In this document: in pieces, positions 31,333 through 40,373 of the stretch | Position numbering within the stretch: the first letter of the stretch is position 1 | How the letters are laid out: each line of letters starts with the position of its first letter | Source of the DNA: an uncultured Acidobacteriota bacterium | GTDB taxonomy: Bacteria > Acidobacteriota > Terriglobia > Terriglobales > Acidobacteriaceae | Reading direction: 5' to 3' | NCBI GenBank assembly: GCA_963711965.1 | Contig: CAVQGF010000059.1 | Coordinates: 1,646-65,645 of the forward strand | Length of the DNA: 64,000 nucleotides | Program-made: the position numbers and the translations under genes | Notes under the pieces: generated by a model | Database searches by the model: none | Told to the model about the DNA's origin: nothing | Seen by the model: only the letters and a program-made list of their open reading frames with translations

Positions 31333-31366
31333 GCAAAAAAGCAAAACCCGGCTACTTGCCGGGTTT
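31333..31366 (-). terminator. Rho-independent terminator downstream of the TPR lipoprotein gene
   Basis: On the - strand, AAACCCGG-CAAGTAG-CCGGGTTT is followed by TGCTTTTTT. Confidence 0.75.
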
Positions 31367-31397
31367 GCTGACTGCTGATTGCTGAACGCTGAGTGCT
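31366..31397. repeat. Heptamer tandem array TGCTGAC TGCTGAT TGCTGAA CGCTGAG TGCT (family E)
   Basis: There are 4.5 units with period 7. A related copy, AGCTGAC GACTGAT TGCTTTG, lies at 38242-38262. Confidence 0.65.
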
Positions 31398-32226
31398 ACT
31401 TCTTGTTCTCGTCGAGCACGATACCGCCGCCGCCCTTGTTGGCTTCTTTCTCGGCTTTCAGCTTCTTGAACTCGAGTCGTCTTCTGCACCCATTCGTCTG
31501 CTTGGGCGATGTCCGCCTGCGCGAGCAGCTGGGGTCGTCGCACTCGATGTCGGCTTTTTCGCGATAGAGCAGGTTCAAGTACGCCATGGCGTCGTCGTAA
31601 TTCTCGCGCAGCTGCATGGCCTTGTCAGCATCTGGATGCCTTCGCTCACCATGGGCTCGTTCTGCTCCTTGAGTTGCCGCACAGACCTTCTTGTCTTTCA
31701 TCGGCTTCGTCCGGCTTCTGGATACCGAGCTTGGCGCGTGCTTCCATGGCGCGGCTGATAGGCCTGCGTCCAGTCGATCACGCCGATGGAGTAATAGGTT
31801 TCGGGATCTTCGGATCGAGCTTCAGGCCTTCGTTGTGGTACTCCTTGGCTTCGTCGAATTTCTTCGAGTTGAAGTAGAGGAAGCGATGCCTTTGTTGCAG
31901 TTACGCGGTTCTCTTCGTTGGTATTCGGCTGGCGCAGGACCTCTTTGTACTCCTCGATGGCCTGCTCGCCCATCTTGTTGTTCTCCGGGCTGTCCGCGCC
32001 GGGAACGTATTGCTGCGCGTAAGCGGTAGCCAGATAAAGCTTGGCGACGGCAGATCGGGTCGAAGCTGACCGCGTTCTTGAAAAACTCGATGGCCTGTTC
32101 GTAGCGCGCTGTTCTTGTAGGCCTGCACGCCTTTGTTGAGCTGGTCGCGGGCCCGCAGCTTGTTGCAGCCGGTGCTCATCAGCAGGGCCGCGGAAAGCGC
32201 CAGCAAGGCCATTAACGTTTCGTCAT
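31396..32226 (-). CDS. TPR-repeat lipoprotein, last gene of the tonB-exbBD cluster; at least six frameshifts
   Basis: AAGGTG lies 6 nt upstream of ATG 32226 (MTKR), and one indel leads into LMALLALSAALLMSTGC (lipobox). TPR-like helices are scattered over three frames (LNKGVQAYKN, MGEQAIEEYKEVLRQPNTNEENRVTA, ETYYSIGVIDWTQAYQPR, YDDAMAYLNLLYREKADIE). Confidence 0.6.
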
Positions 32227-32366
32227 TCGTCTCACCTTAATTATAAAATCGTCCCGCGAGAATGATGGACAGAATCTCAGTCGTAGAACGCGGCACCAGC
32301 AGCCCGAGGGCTGCTGGGTAGCTTGCCGTCTGTACAGCCCGCAACTCGGAACTGGCGCTGCTGCCA

Positions 32367-32807
32367 TTACTCGCCTTTTTCGATCTTCGCAGTGATCAGT
32401 CCGACCTTGTCGACACCGGCGGCAGTGCGCAATGTCGATGACCTGGGCCACATCCTCGAAGTTGCAGGTCGTCATCACCCTTCACGAACATGACTTTTTC
32501 GGCGCGGGTCTTGAAGATGTCGTTCAGACTGCCCTGCAGATTGTCCCACGTGGCATCGTCCTGATTGATCTTCAGCGTCGGCTCGTCGCCGGCGCCGCTA
32601 TGAGCACCTGCACCACGACGGTGCGGTCGTCTGTCGGCTGCTGGCCTTGTCTTTCGGCGGCTGCGGAACCAGCGCGTCCAGACCCTTTCGGGGTCAGCGG
32701 CGTGATCACCATGAAGATGATCAGCAGCACCAGCAACACGTCGATCAGCGGTGTTACGTTGATGTCTGCATGTAGGGCCCGCCTTGACCTCCCATTGCCA
32801 TTGCCAT
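32367..32807 (-). CDS. exbD: ExbD/TolR-family biopolymer transport protein (second copy); frameshifts
   Basis: GAGGAG lies 6 nt upstream of ATG 32807 (MAMAMGGQGG). The conserved [21 protein letters not shown] is one frame away. The C-terminus is VGLITAKIEKGE, stop 32367-32369. Confidence 0.8.
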
Positions 32808-32837
32808 AAAGTTCTCCTCTGAGCACTGCGTCCGCCG

Positions 32838-33296
<459 letters not shown>

Positions 33297-33354
33297 ACGG
33301 TTCCTTCGATCCGGTGCGGTGGCGCCCGCCGCAGCGAGCACACGCCACGCTGAT

Positions 33355-34119
33355 CTACTTACGGCCGCTGCGGCGCTTGAGGAAGTAGTCCACCAGCTCG
33401 CTGGAGGAGTTATCCATCTCGACGTCGAAAGCTTCCACTTTGCTGGTGAAGTAGTTGAACATCATGACGGCCGGGATGGCGACGAACAGACCCACAGCGG
33501 TGGTCACCAGCGCTTCCGAGATACCGCCGGCGACGGCGCCCAGTCCGGTGGCCTTCTGCTTGGATTTCCTGAAGGCGTTCAAGATGCCGACCACGGTGCC
33601 GAACAGTCCGACGAACGGAGCGGTCGAGCCGATGGTGGCCAAGCCGCCGAGGCCGCGCTTCAGTTCGGCGTGGACGATGGCTTCGGCCCGCTCCAGAGCG
33701 CGCTTGGAGGCTTCGACTGCTTCGCCGGGGATCTCGTTGGAATCGCTGTGCGCACGGAATTCCTGCAAGCCGGCGGTCACGACCTTGGCCAAGTGGCTCT
33801 TCTTGTTGCGCTCGGCGACGCGGATGGCTTCTTCGATCTTGCCTTCGCGCAGTGCGCCGGCAACGGCCGGAGCAAACGCACGCGACTGCTTGCGGGCCGC
33901 GTTGAAGGCGATGTAGCGGTCGATCATGACGCCGATGGACCAGGCCGACATGACGAACAGGATGACGACCACGGCTTTCGCCAAAAAGCCCATGTGCTGC
34001 CAAAGCGAGTAGGGGTTAGTCCAATCCACGCCGGCGCTGTTGGCGTCTCCGCCCTGAAAAAGGATAGCGGCGGAATAAAGATGGGTGATTGCGATCGTTG
34101 CCACATTTGCTACAAACAT
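33355..34119 (-). CDS. exbB: MotA/TolQ/ExbB proton-channel protein
   Basis: Intact 254-aa ORF. The conserved C-terminal half reads GLGGLATIGSTAPFVGLFGTVVGILNAF...LGAVAGGISEALVTTAVGLFVAIPAVMMFNYF. Confidence 0.9.
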   Translation of the reverse strand: MFVANVATIAITHLYSAAILFQGGDANSAGVDWTNPYSLWQHMGFLAKAVVVILFVMSAWSIGVMIDRYIAFNAARKQSRAFAPAVAGALREGKIEEAIRVAERNKKSHLAKVVTAGLQEFRAHSDSNEIPGEAVEASKRALERAEAIVHAELKRGLGGLATIGSTAPFVGLFGTVVGILNAFRKSKQKATGLGAVAGGISEALVTTAVGLFVAIPAVMMFNYFTSKVEAFDVEMDNSSSELVDYFLKRRSGRK

Positions 34120-34306
34120 TGAGTTGATCCTTTCTTCCTATTAAGAAGAGACTTCTATTTCATCGCAGAACTTGATTTTGCTGGGGCCGTCCCGAAGGCT
34201 GAACTTACGGAATCCTTGCAGAGGGCGGAGCTGCTCACCACTCAGATGTCATCCAGCGGGTACTACGTTGGCTGCCCGGATACGTGTCTTCGGGCAGCCC
34301 TGAATC

Positions 34307-35022
34307 TTATCCACCCAGGTTGAAATTCACCTGGATCGTGGTTTCCACCTCGACCGGCTCTCCATTCAGGATGATACGGCTTGTACTTCCATTGCCGCAC
34401 GGCTTCCAATGCCGACTGCGTCAGCATGGGGTGACCACTGACTACCTGCAGATTCTCGATGTTGCCGCCCTTGCTGATCAGGGCGTGAAGCACCACGGTG
34501 CCCGCGATGCGGTTGGTGCGCGCGATAGCGCGGATATTGCGGCTGAACTTTGTTGATCAGGTTACCGCTGGCGACGCCCGACGAGACGCGAACACGGTCA
34601 GGAGCGGCGATCGGCATGCTTCTGGCGCTTCCGATAATGCCACCGATCACGCCGCCCATGCTGCCACCCGGAACGCCTCCCGGAACGCCGCCCGTGACTC
34701 CGGCGGATGCTTGCGGGGGCTCTTCATCTTTAATGACGGCAACTTTTTGCGGGATCTTGGTGGGCTGGCGCAGCACTGTATCGTTCACCTCAACCACTTT
34801 GTGGACTGCCTGAACCGCAGCCGGAGGTGGCGGTGGTGGAGGTGGAGGTGGCGCCACGAGAAAGGTCGTCAATTGACCCTTGGGCAAAGCTTCGGTGTAG
34901 ATCAGTGGGATCAAGATCATGATCCCCAGCGCAACAATCTGCAGGACGAACGACAGGGTGGTCGTTACCCCGCGCCTAGTCTTCAATCTGCCGCCGGATT
35001 CTACTAAGCTGTCTTCAAACAT
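34307..35022 (-). CDS. tonB: TonB-family energy transducer; frameshifts in the C-terminal domain
   Basis: The N-terminus is MFEDSLVESGG with a TM helix, followed by a poly-Pro tract (APPPPPPPPPPAA). The TonB_C blocks are GNLINKVQPQYP, VVLHALISKGGNIENLQVVSGHPMLTQSALEAVRQWKYKPY and GEPVEVETTIQVNFNLGG-stop (34307-34309). Confidence 0.8.
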
Positions 35023-35191
35023 ACGCGCACTCCCGGTGTAGGTTCCCCACTCACTTAGACACCGGAGCCCCTTGCGAGGTTCCGTACTCCCCTAAGACCC
35101 TTACCAAGTACTAAGGGCGGATAATGCTATCAGACCCACCCCTTTAAGTGCAGCAACTCTGGGATGAATTGCACTGAATACCGTGCAAGTC

Positions 35192-36190
35192 CTAGGCCCG
35201 CTGCTTTTCGCGCCTTCCGCTCTCGATAGAGACCGGCACACCCCGCGACTTGTCTCCACGGGATTCCTGATAGGCGACTAACATCGGCGCTGCCACGGCG
35301 ATGGACGAATACGTACCGATTAGGATGCCGACTACCAGGGCAAAGGAAAACCCATGTAGGACCTCTCCCCCAAAAAGATATAAGGAGAGTACCGTCAGGA
35401 AAGTGAGGCCGGAGGTGAGGATGGTCCGGCTTAGGGTCTGATTGATGCTCAGATTGACCAGTTGCGACAAGGGCATTCGGCGCTGCGTCTTCAGGTTCTC
35501 GCGAATGCGGTCGAAGATGACGATTGTGTCGTTCATCGAGTAACCGATCAGGGTCAGGATGGCGGCGATCACGGTGAGCGAGATCTCGTAATTCAGGAGC
35601 GAGAAGGCGCCCAGGGTAATGAGTGAGTCGTGGAATACTGCCACCACGGCTGCGACGCCATAGATCAACTCAAAGCGGAACCACAGGTAAACCAACATTC
35701 CCAGCAAGGAATAAAGAGTCGCCAACAATGCCTGGTGCCGGAGCTGAGCTCCCACCTGCGGGCCCACGATCTCAACGCTTCGGATCGCAAACGATTTCGG
35801 ATCGAACGACTTCGCCAACGCGTTCTGGATGGCCGCGCGGCCCTGGTCGAGCGCCGCTTCGCTGGTCTCTTTCTCTTCCAGCTTGATCAGCACTTCGTTA
35901 TTGGCAGGCGGGCCATAGCTCTGGATGCTGGGGTCCTTCAAGCCCGCGGCATCAAGCGCCCCGCGGATCTTGCCCAGATCGGGCCTCTCGCTGGGGAACT
36001 GCACATAGACCAGGGTGCCGCCTTTGAAGTCGATGCCCAGCGGGATTCCGTGCCAGAAGAAGATGGAGAGAAGCCCGGCGATGCTGAAAATCAGCGAAAA
36101 GCCAAGGAAGTACCACTTCTTGCCGAGGAAATCGATATTGGTATTCTTAAAAAATTCCACGTTTGCTGTTGCTCCGGGGCTAAAGCCCAA
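35192..36190 (-). CDS. secF: Protein translocase subunit SecF
   Basis: Intact 332-aa ORF reading IDFLGKKWYFLGFSLIFSIAGLLSIFFWHGIPLGIDFKGGT ... GYSMNDTIVIFDRIRENL. Confidence 0.93.
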   Translation of the reverse strand: MGFSPGATANVEFFKNTNIDFLGKKWYFLGFSLIFSIAGLLSIFFWHGIPLGIDFKGGTLVYVQFPSERPDLGKIRGALDAAGLKDPSIQSYGPPANNEVLIKLEEKETSEAALDQGRAAIQNALAKSFDPKSFAIRSVEIVGPQVGAQLRHQALLATLYSLLGMLVYLWFRFELIYGVAAVVAVFHDSLITLGAFSLLNYEISLTVIAAILTLIGYSMNDTIVIFDRIRENLKTQRRMPLSQLVNLSINQTLSRTILTSGLTFLTVLSLYLFGGEVLHGFSFALVVGILIGTYSSIAVAAPMLVAYQESRGDKSRGVPVSIESGRREKQRA

Positions 36191-36198
36191 TTTCGCTA

Positions 36199-37803
36199 CT
36201 AAATGCTTAGTGCCTGACCGCGTGCCGCACGCTTCAATTCAGCTTCGAAGATCACGCGTGAGACGAATACCGCCGTGAACAAGTTCGCCAGTAGACCGAA
36301 GGTCAGCGTGACCGCGAACCCTCGCACCGGGCCGGTCCCGAACATGAACAGGATGAACGCTGAAACGATGGTCGTGATGTGGGTGTCCACGATGGTGATC
36401 CACGCACGTCCGAAGCCTTGATCCACCGCAGCAGCGGACGATTTCCCCGCGCGCAGCTCTTCACGGATACGCTCGAAGATGAGCACGTTGGAGTCGACAC
36501 CCATACCGACGGTGAGGATCACGCCCGCAATCCCCGGCAGAGTCAGCGTTGCGCCGGTGAAGCCAAGAAACCCCAGCAAGATGACCAGGTTCAAGACGAG
36601 CGCCAGGTCAGCGTTGATACCGGCGAACTTGTAGTAGACCAACATAAAGACCATGACGACCACCATGCCGATGACGGCCGCCGTAACGCCGTGGCGGATC
36701 GAATCCGCTCCGAGCGACGGACCGACGGTGCGTTCTTCGAGATAACGGATGCCAGCCGGCAGCGCGCCTGAGCGCAAGATCATGGAAAGATCGTTGGCCT
36801 GCTGCTGGGTGAAACGTCCCTCGATGATGCCGCTGTCGGAGATCTCGCTGTTGATCTTGGGAGCGCTGCGCACCTTGTTGTCGAGCACGATGGCCAGAAA
36901 ATCGTTGATGTGAGCGCCGGTGAAGGCAGCGAATCGCTTACCACCTTCGTTGGTCAGGAAGAAATTGACCGCGGGACGTCCATTCGAATCGGTGGTAGGC
37001 TGCGCGCCGCGCAGATCACGGCCGGAGACGACTGAGGTGCGCGAGACCACGTAATAGATATCGCTGCTATCGCCACTGTCGCGCTCAGGCACGCCCTTGA
37101 TGAGCATGGTGTTCGGGGGAAGCACGCCGCCGTTGCTCTGCATTGCCTCGGCTTCGCTCTTAAACGGACCGCCGAAAGATTGCTTCAGCTCCAGCATGGC
37201 GGTGGACTTAATGATCTCTTTCACGCGCGCCGGATCATCCACGCCGGGCAGCTGAACCAGAATCTGGTTTTCGCCGAGTCCGTGCTCCTGGATCACCGGC
37301 TCGCTCACGCCCAGCTCGTCAATGCGATTGCGGATGGTCTCGATGGCCTGGGTGACGGCGGCAGTCTTCGTGCTCGTCTGGACGGAAGGCTTCATGGTGA
37401 CGGTAAAGGAATTGTCGGCGCCTGAGGTCGAATCGTATTCGGTCTCGTCGGCCAGCACGTCGCGCGCTGCACCCACGGAGTCAGGGGAGACGCCCTTGAT
37501 CACGATGGTCTCAGGATGCTGCGGATCGGGCTTCACGATCTCGGCGTAGGTGACTTTGCCGGCAAACTTCTGTTTTACGCGATCGACCATGCGGTCACTG
37601 TCGGCGTTGATGGCGTCATTCACCATCACTTGCAGGATGAGGTGGGTGCCGCCCTTCAGGTCGAGCCCGAGGTGCACGCGCTGCAACATGGCTTCTTTCA
37701 GTCCTTGCGGCGACAGGCTCTTGGGAATACCGAAGATGCCGTAGGCAAAGACCAGCAGCACTGCAACGATGAAGATCGTCTTTACGAGTAAGTTCTTTTG
37801 CAT
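36199..37803 (-). CDS. secD: Protein translocase subunit SecD
   Basis: Intact 534-aa ORF reading LGLDLKGGTHLILQV ... LPGIAGVILTVGMGVDSNVLIFERIREEL. Confidence 0.93.
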   Translation of the reverse strand: MQKNLLVKTIFIVAVLLVFAYGIFGIPKSLSPQGLKEAMLQRVHLGLDLKGGTHLILQVMVNDAINADSDRMVDRVKQKFAGKVTYAEIVKPDPQHPETIVIKGVSPDSVGAARDVLADETEYDSTSGADNSFTVTMKPSVQTSTKTAAVTQAIETIRNRIDELGVSEPVIQEHGLGENQILVQLPGVDDPARVKEIIKSTAMLELKQSFGGPFKSEAEAMQSNGGVLPPNTMLIKGVPERDSGDSSDIYYVVSRTSVVSGRDLRGAQPTTDSNGRPAVNFFLTNEGGKRFAAFTGAHINDFLAIVLDNKVRSAPKINSEISDSGIIEGRFTQQQANDLSMILRSGALPAGIRYLEERTVGPSLGADSIRHGVTAAVIGMVVVMVFMLVYYKFAGINADLALVLNLVILLGFLGFTGATLTLPGIAGVILTVGMGVDSNVLIFERIREELRAGKSSAAAVDQGFGRAWITIVDTHITTIVSAFILFMFGTGPVRGFAVTLTFGLLANLFTAVFVSRVIFEAELKRAARGQALSI

Positions 37804-37845
37804 TTCCTGATCAAACCCTTTGGATCAAAATTTCTATCTACTTCT

Positions 37846-38157
37846 CTATGCAGCTTCTTCCTGCTTGGCGACACTGGCGATGCTGCTGCGCGCAACTTCC
37901 AGCCGAAGATTGTCGGGCGGAACGCGCAACTGAACGGCATCGTCTTTGATGGAGATGATGGTGCCGCGCAGACCGCCGTTGGTGATGACTTTGTCGCCGG
38001 TCTTGAGCTCGTTCACCATGGCCTGCCATTTCTTCTGGCGGCGTTGCTGAGGAGCCAGCAGCAGGAAATAGAAAACAGCCACCATCAGGATGATGGGCAT
38101 GAGCCCAACAATGGCGCTACTGCCGCCTACCGACTGCAATAAGAGTGCTGCGATCAT
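37846..38157 (-). CDS. yajC: Preprotein translocase subunit YajC
   Basis: The sequence LMPIILMVAVFYFLLLAPQQRRQKKWQAMVNELKTGDKVITNGGLRGTI matches the YajC pattern. Confidence 0.9.
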   Translation of the reverse strand: MIAALLLQSVGGSSAIVGLMPIILMVAVFYFLLLAPQQRRQKKWQAMVNELKTGDKVITNGGLRGTIISIKDDAVQLRVPPDNLRLEVARSSIASVAKQEEAA

Positions 38158-38241
38158 GGACGTTCGACCGGCAAATCAGGGCCGAGCATGGAACACGCCA
38201 ATCGACACGCCTCGCAGCGTGCATCGATAACAACGGCTCAT

Positions 38242-38262
38242 AGCTGACGACTGATTGCTTTG
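38242..38262. repeat. Heptamer repeat related to family E
   Basis: AGCTGACGACTGATTGCTTTG lies in the tgt-yajC spacer. Compare TGCTGACTGCTGATTGCTGAA at 31366-31386. Confidence 0.45.
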
Positions 38263-38266
38263 TTCC

Positions 38267-39499
38267 TTAGGAAAAAGTGGCGGAATCTACCGAAGTTTTC
38301 GACTGAAGCCGCGCGCGGAACTCAGACACGAATGTCTGCAGATTTCCACACCTGATAGCATCTCGCACCCGCCGCATAGTGTCAAGGTAATGGGCCAGGT
38401 TGTGGACCGTATTGAGGACCTGACCCAGCATTTCACCGGTGGCATACAGGTGCCGCAGGTAGGCGCGGGTATAGCGGCGGCAGACAGCGCAGTCACAGGC
38501 CGGATCGATAGGTCCTTGGTCGGCTGCATACCGGGCGTTCTTGATGTTGAGGCGCCCTTCGCTGGTGAAAAGCAATCCGTGACGAGCGGCGCGAGTAGGC
38601 AGCACGCAATCCATCATATCGACGCCGAGAGCTGCGTATCCGACAATCTCTTCCGGATAGCCGACGCCCATGACATAGCGCGGCCGGTCGGCTGGAAGAT
38701 TCGGCAGCGTGGCCTCGATCATCTCGCGGGTGGCGGCTCGCGGCTCGCCAACGCTTAAGCCGCCGAGAGCGTAACCGTCAAAGCCGAACTCGACCGTGCG
38801 TTCGGCGGATTCCTTCCGCAGTTCGGGATGCATGCCGCCTTGGACGATGCCGAAGAGCGACTGCGTCGCTGAGTTCCCGGTTCCCGGTTCCCGGTTCCCA
38901 GTTGAATATGAGTTCCCGGTTCCCAGCTCTCGGTTCCCAGTGGAACCCCAAGGAACCGAATTCTTATGGGCTTCGAAATATTCTTTCGAGCGCTTCGCCC
39001 AGCGCAGCGTCATCTCCATAGAGTTGCGGGCGCGGGTGGTGTCTGCAGGGTATTCGGTGCACTCGTCGAAACTCATGACGATGTCGGCACCGAGCGCGAT
39101 CTGCGCCTCTATCGCTGTCTCGGGCGAAAGGAATAAAGAGGAACCGTCGAGGTGCGAGCGGAAGCTCACGCCTTCTTCGCTGACTTTGCGCAAGTCGTTG
39201 AGGCTGAAGACCTGGAAACCGCCCGAGTCGGTGAGTATCGCTCGATTCCACGACATGAAGCGGTGCAGTCCACCGAGTTTGCGAATCTGCTCCGTCCCGG
39301 GCCGCAGATAAAGATGGTAGGTGTTGGCGAGAATGATCTGCGCGTTCAGCTGCTCAAGTGTCTCGTTTGAGGTCCCTTTTACGGTCGCCAGCGTCCCCAC
39401 AGGCATGAAGACAGGCGTTTCCACTTCGCCGTGCGGCGTCAGGAGTTTGCCCGTGCGCGCGTTTCCGTCACGCGCGGCGATCTGAAAAGGGAGCGACAC
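38267..39499 (-). CDS. tgt: Queuine tRNA-ribosyltransferase carrying an in-frame repeat-derived insertion of about 30 aa
   Basis: The ORF is intact at 410 aa. Conserved blocks are ARTGKLLTPHGEVETPVFMPVGT, ILTDSGGFQVFSL, LFGIVQGG, GYALGGLSVGE and the zinc site CDCAVCRRYTRAYLRHL. Confidence 0.93.
   Translation of the reverse strand: MSLPFQIAARDGNARTGKLLTPHGEVETPVFMPVGTLATVKGTSNETLEQLNAQIILANTYHLYLRPGTEQIRKLGGLHRFMSWNRAILTDSGGFQVFSLNDLRKVSEEGVSFRSHLDGSSLFLSPETAIEAQIALGADIVMSFDECTEYPADTTRARNSMEMTLRWAKRSKEYFEAHKNSVPWGSTGNRELGTGNSYSTGNREPGTGNSATQSLFGIVQGGMHPELRKESAERTVEFGFDGYALGGLSVGEPRAATREMIEATLPNLPADRPRYVMGVGYPEEIVGYAALGVDMMDCVLPTRAARHGLLFTSEGRLNIKNARYAADQGPIDPACDCAVCRRYTRAYLRHLYATGEMLGQVLNTVHNLAHYLDTMRRVRDAIRCGNLQTFVSEFRARLQSKTSVDSATFS
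38864..38959. repeat. GGTTCCC/GGGAACC heptamer-derived insertion inside tgt (family B)
   Basis: The + strand reads GAGTTCCCGGTTCCCGGTTCCCGGTTCCCAGTTGAATATGAGTTCCCGGTTCCCAGCTCTCGGTTCCCAGTGGAACC. It is translated as SVPWGSTGNRELGTGNSYSTGNREPGTGNSAT between the conserved blocks RWAKRSKEYFEAHKN and QSLFGIVQGG. Confidence 0.75.
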
Positions 39500-39530
39500 T
39501 CACTGGATTCTAAATGAGCGTCGCGAAGGC

Positions 39531-39980
39531 TTAATGTTCGGGGACGATCTCACGCAGCGCCCACTCGATGCGCTGCACCGAGTCACCGACACTGGCGATG
39601 ATCTCCTGGTCATGGGTGGAGTAGGCGGAGAGTTGGATGCTCTGCAGAGCATTACGCACGTGGTGGTTGAGGTCGCCGATCATCTTCAGTCGCTCGTCGA
39701 TGTTCTTACGGCGCTCACGCTCGCGGTCAATGGATTTCATGGCGAACCATCCCGCGAGGAAGCCGGCGGTTGCATTCCAAGCCATGGTCATTTGCCGCGG
39801 ACGCTTCTGGCGAGGAACGAGCTTGTCGAGCAACATGGCCCCGCCGAAGACAGCGAGTCCAACTCCGCCGGCCATGGCACGCACCTTCTTCTGCGAAGCA
39901 CTCAAGACCCACGACTCACTCGCCGTGTTTAGCGGACGCGGAGCTGCCTTCTTTTCGATACGGAGGGGGGAGTTCGGCAT
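39531..39980 (-). CDS. Two-TM membrane protein with a histidine-kinase DHp-like (H-box) helix but no ATPase domain
   Basis: Starting at ATG 39980, the TM segments are AMAGGVGLAVFGGAMLL and WNATAGFLAGWFAM. They are followed by RLKMIGDLNHHVRNALQSIQLSAY. The track ORF extends to 40250, but that part contains an intrinsic terminator (40136-40163). ATG 40100 is an alternative start. Confidence 0.5.
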   Translation of the reverse strand: MPNSPLRIEKKAAPRPLNTASESWVLSASQKKVRAMAGGVGLAVFGGAMLLDKLVPRQKRPRQMTMAWNATAGFLAGWFAMKSIDRERERRKNIDERLKMIGDLNHHVRNALQSIQLSAYSTHDQEIIASVGDSVQRIEWALREIVPEH

Positions 39981-40135
39981 CAATGTCCTTTTGCCCAGAG
40001 TCAGTGTGCGCAGAACCAACACGCTCGGCAGAGTCTTAAGATTTTCGCCGTCCGCGGTTGGGTTATCAATAAGGCGTTCGGCCCATGACCACTCGGGCAT
40101 AGGGCTTAGGGAATCAGGCCAGTCAGAGAATGGGC

Positions 40136-40163
40136 AAAAAACGCCCCGGCTTGCGCCGGGGCG
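40136..40163 (-). terminator. Canonical rho-independent terminator on the - strand with no obvious upstream gene
   Basis: On the - strand, CGCCCCGGC-GCAA-GCCGGGGCG is followed by TTTTTT (A-run 40136-40141 on the + strand). Confidence 0.6.
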
Positions 40164-40271
40164 GAAAGTATTCGGGAGGAGTGATGCGATGGAGAGTTTT
40201 AATCTCGCGGAAGATGGGAGTTGCTGCGCACCGGCTTCGTTGCCCAACAAAATCCACCTATTCGGGGCTCA

Positions 40272-40293
40272 ATCCAGAGTCTCTGGATTTTTT
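40272..40293 (+). terminator. Terminator- or attenuator-like hairpin on the + strand, 80 nt upstream of the 40374 gene
   Basis: ATCCAGAG-T-CTCTGGAT followed by TTTTT. GGATTTTT can also pair with AAAAATCC at 40360-40367, just upstream of the start codon. Confidence 0.45.
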
Positions 40294-40373
40294 AAGGTCC
40301 GCGCCAGAGAGAGCCTCTCTCTGCTGCTCTGGGCGTGAAGATGCCCGGACCCGATGTGATAAAAATCCTTTGA

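Noticed and set aside
39981-40250. The N-terminal 90 codons of ORF 39531-40250 (TTG start).
   Set aside because: This part contains a canonical - strand intrinsic terminator (40136-40163), has a non-protein-like composition and uses a weak TTG start. The downstream ATGs at 40100 and 39980 are more plausible.
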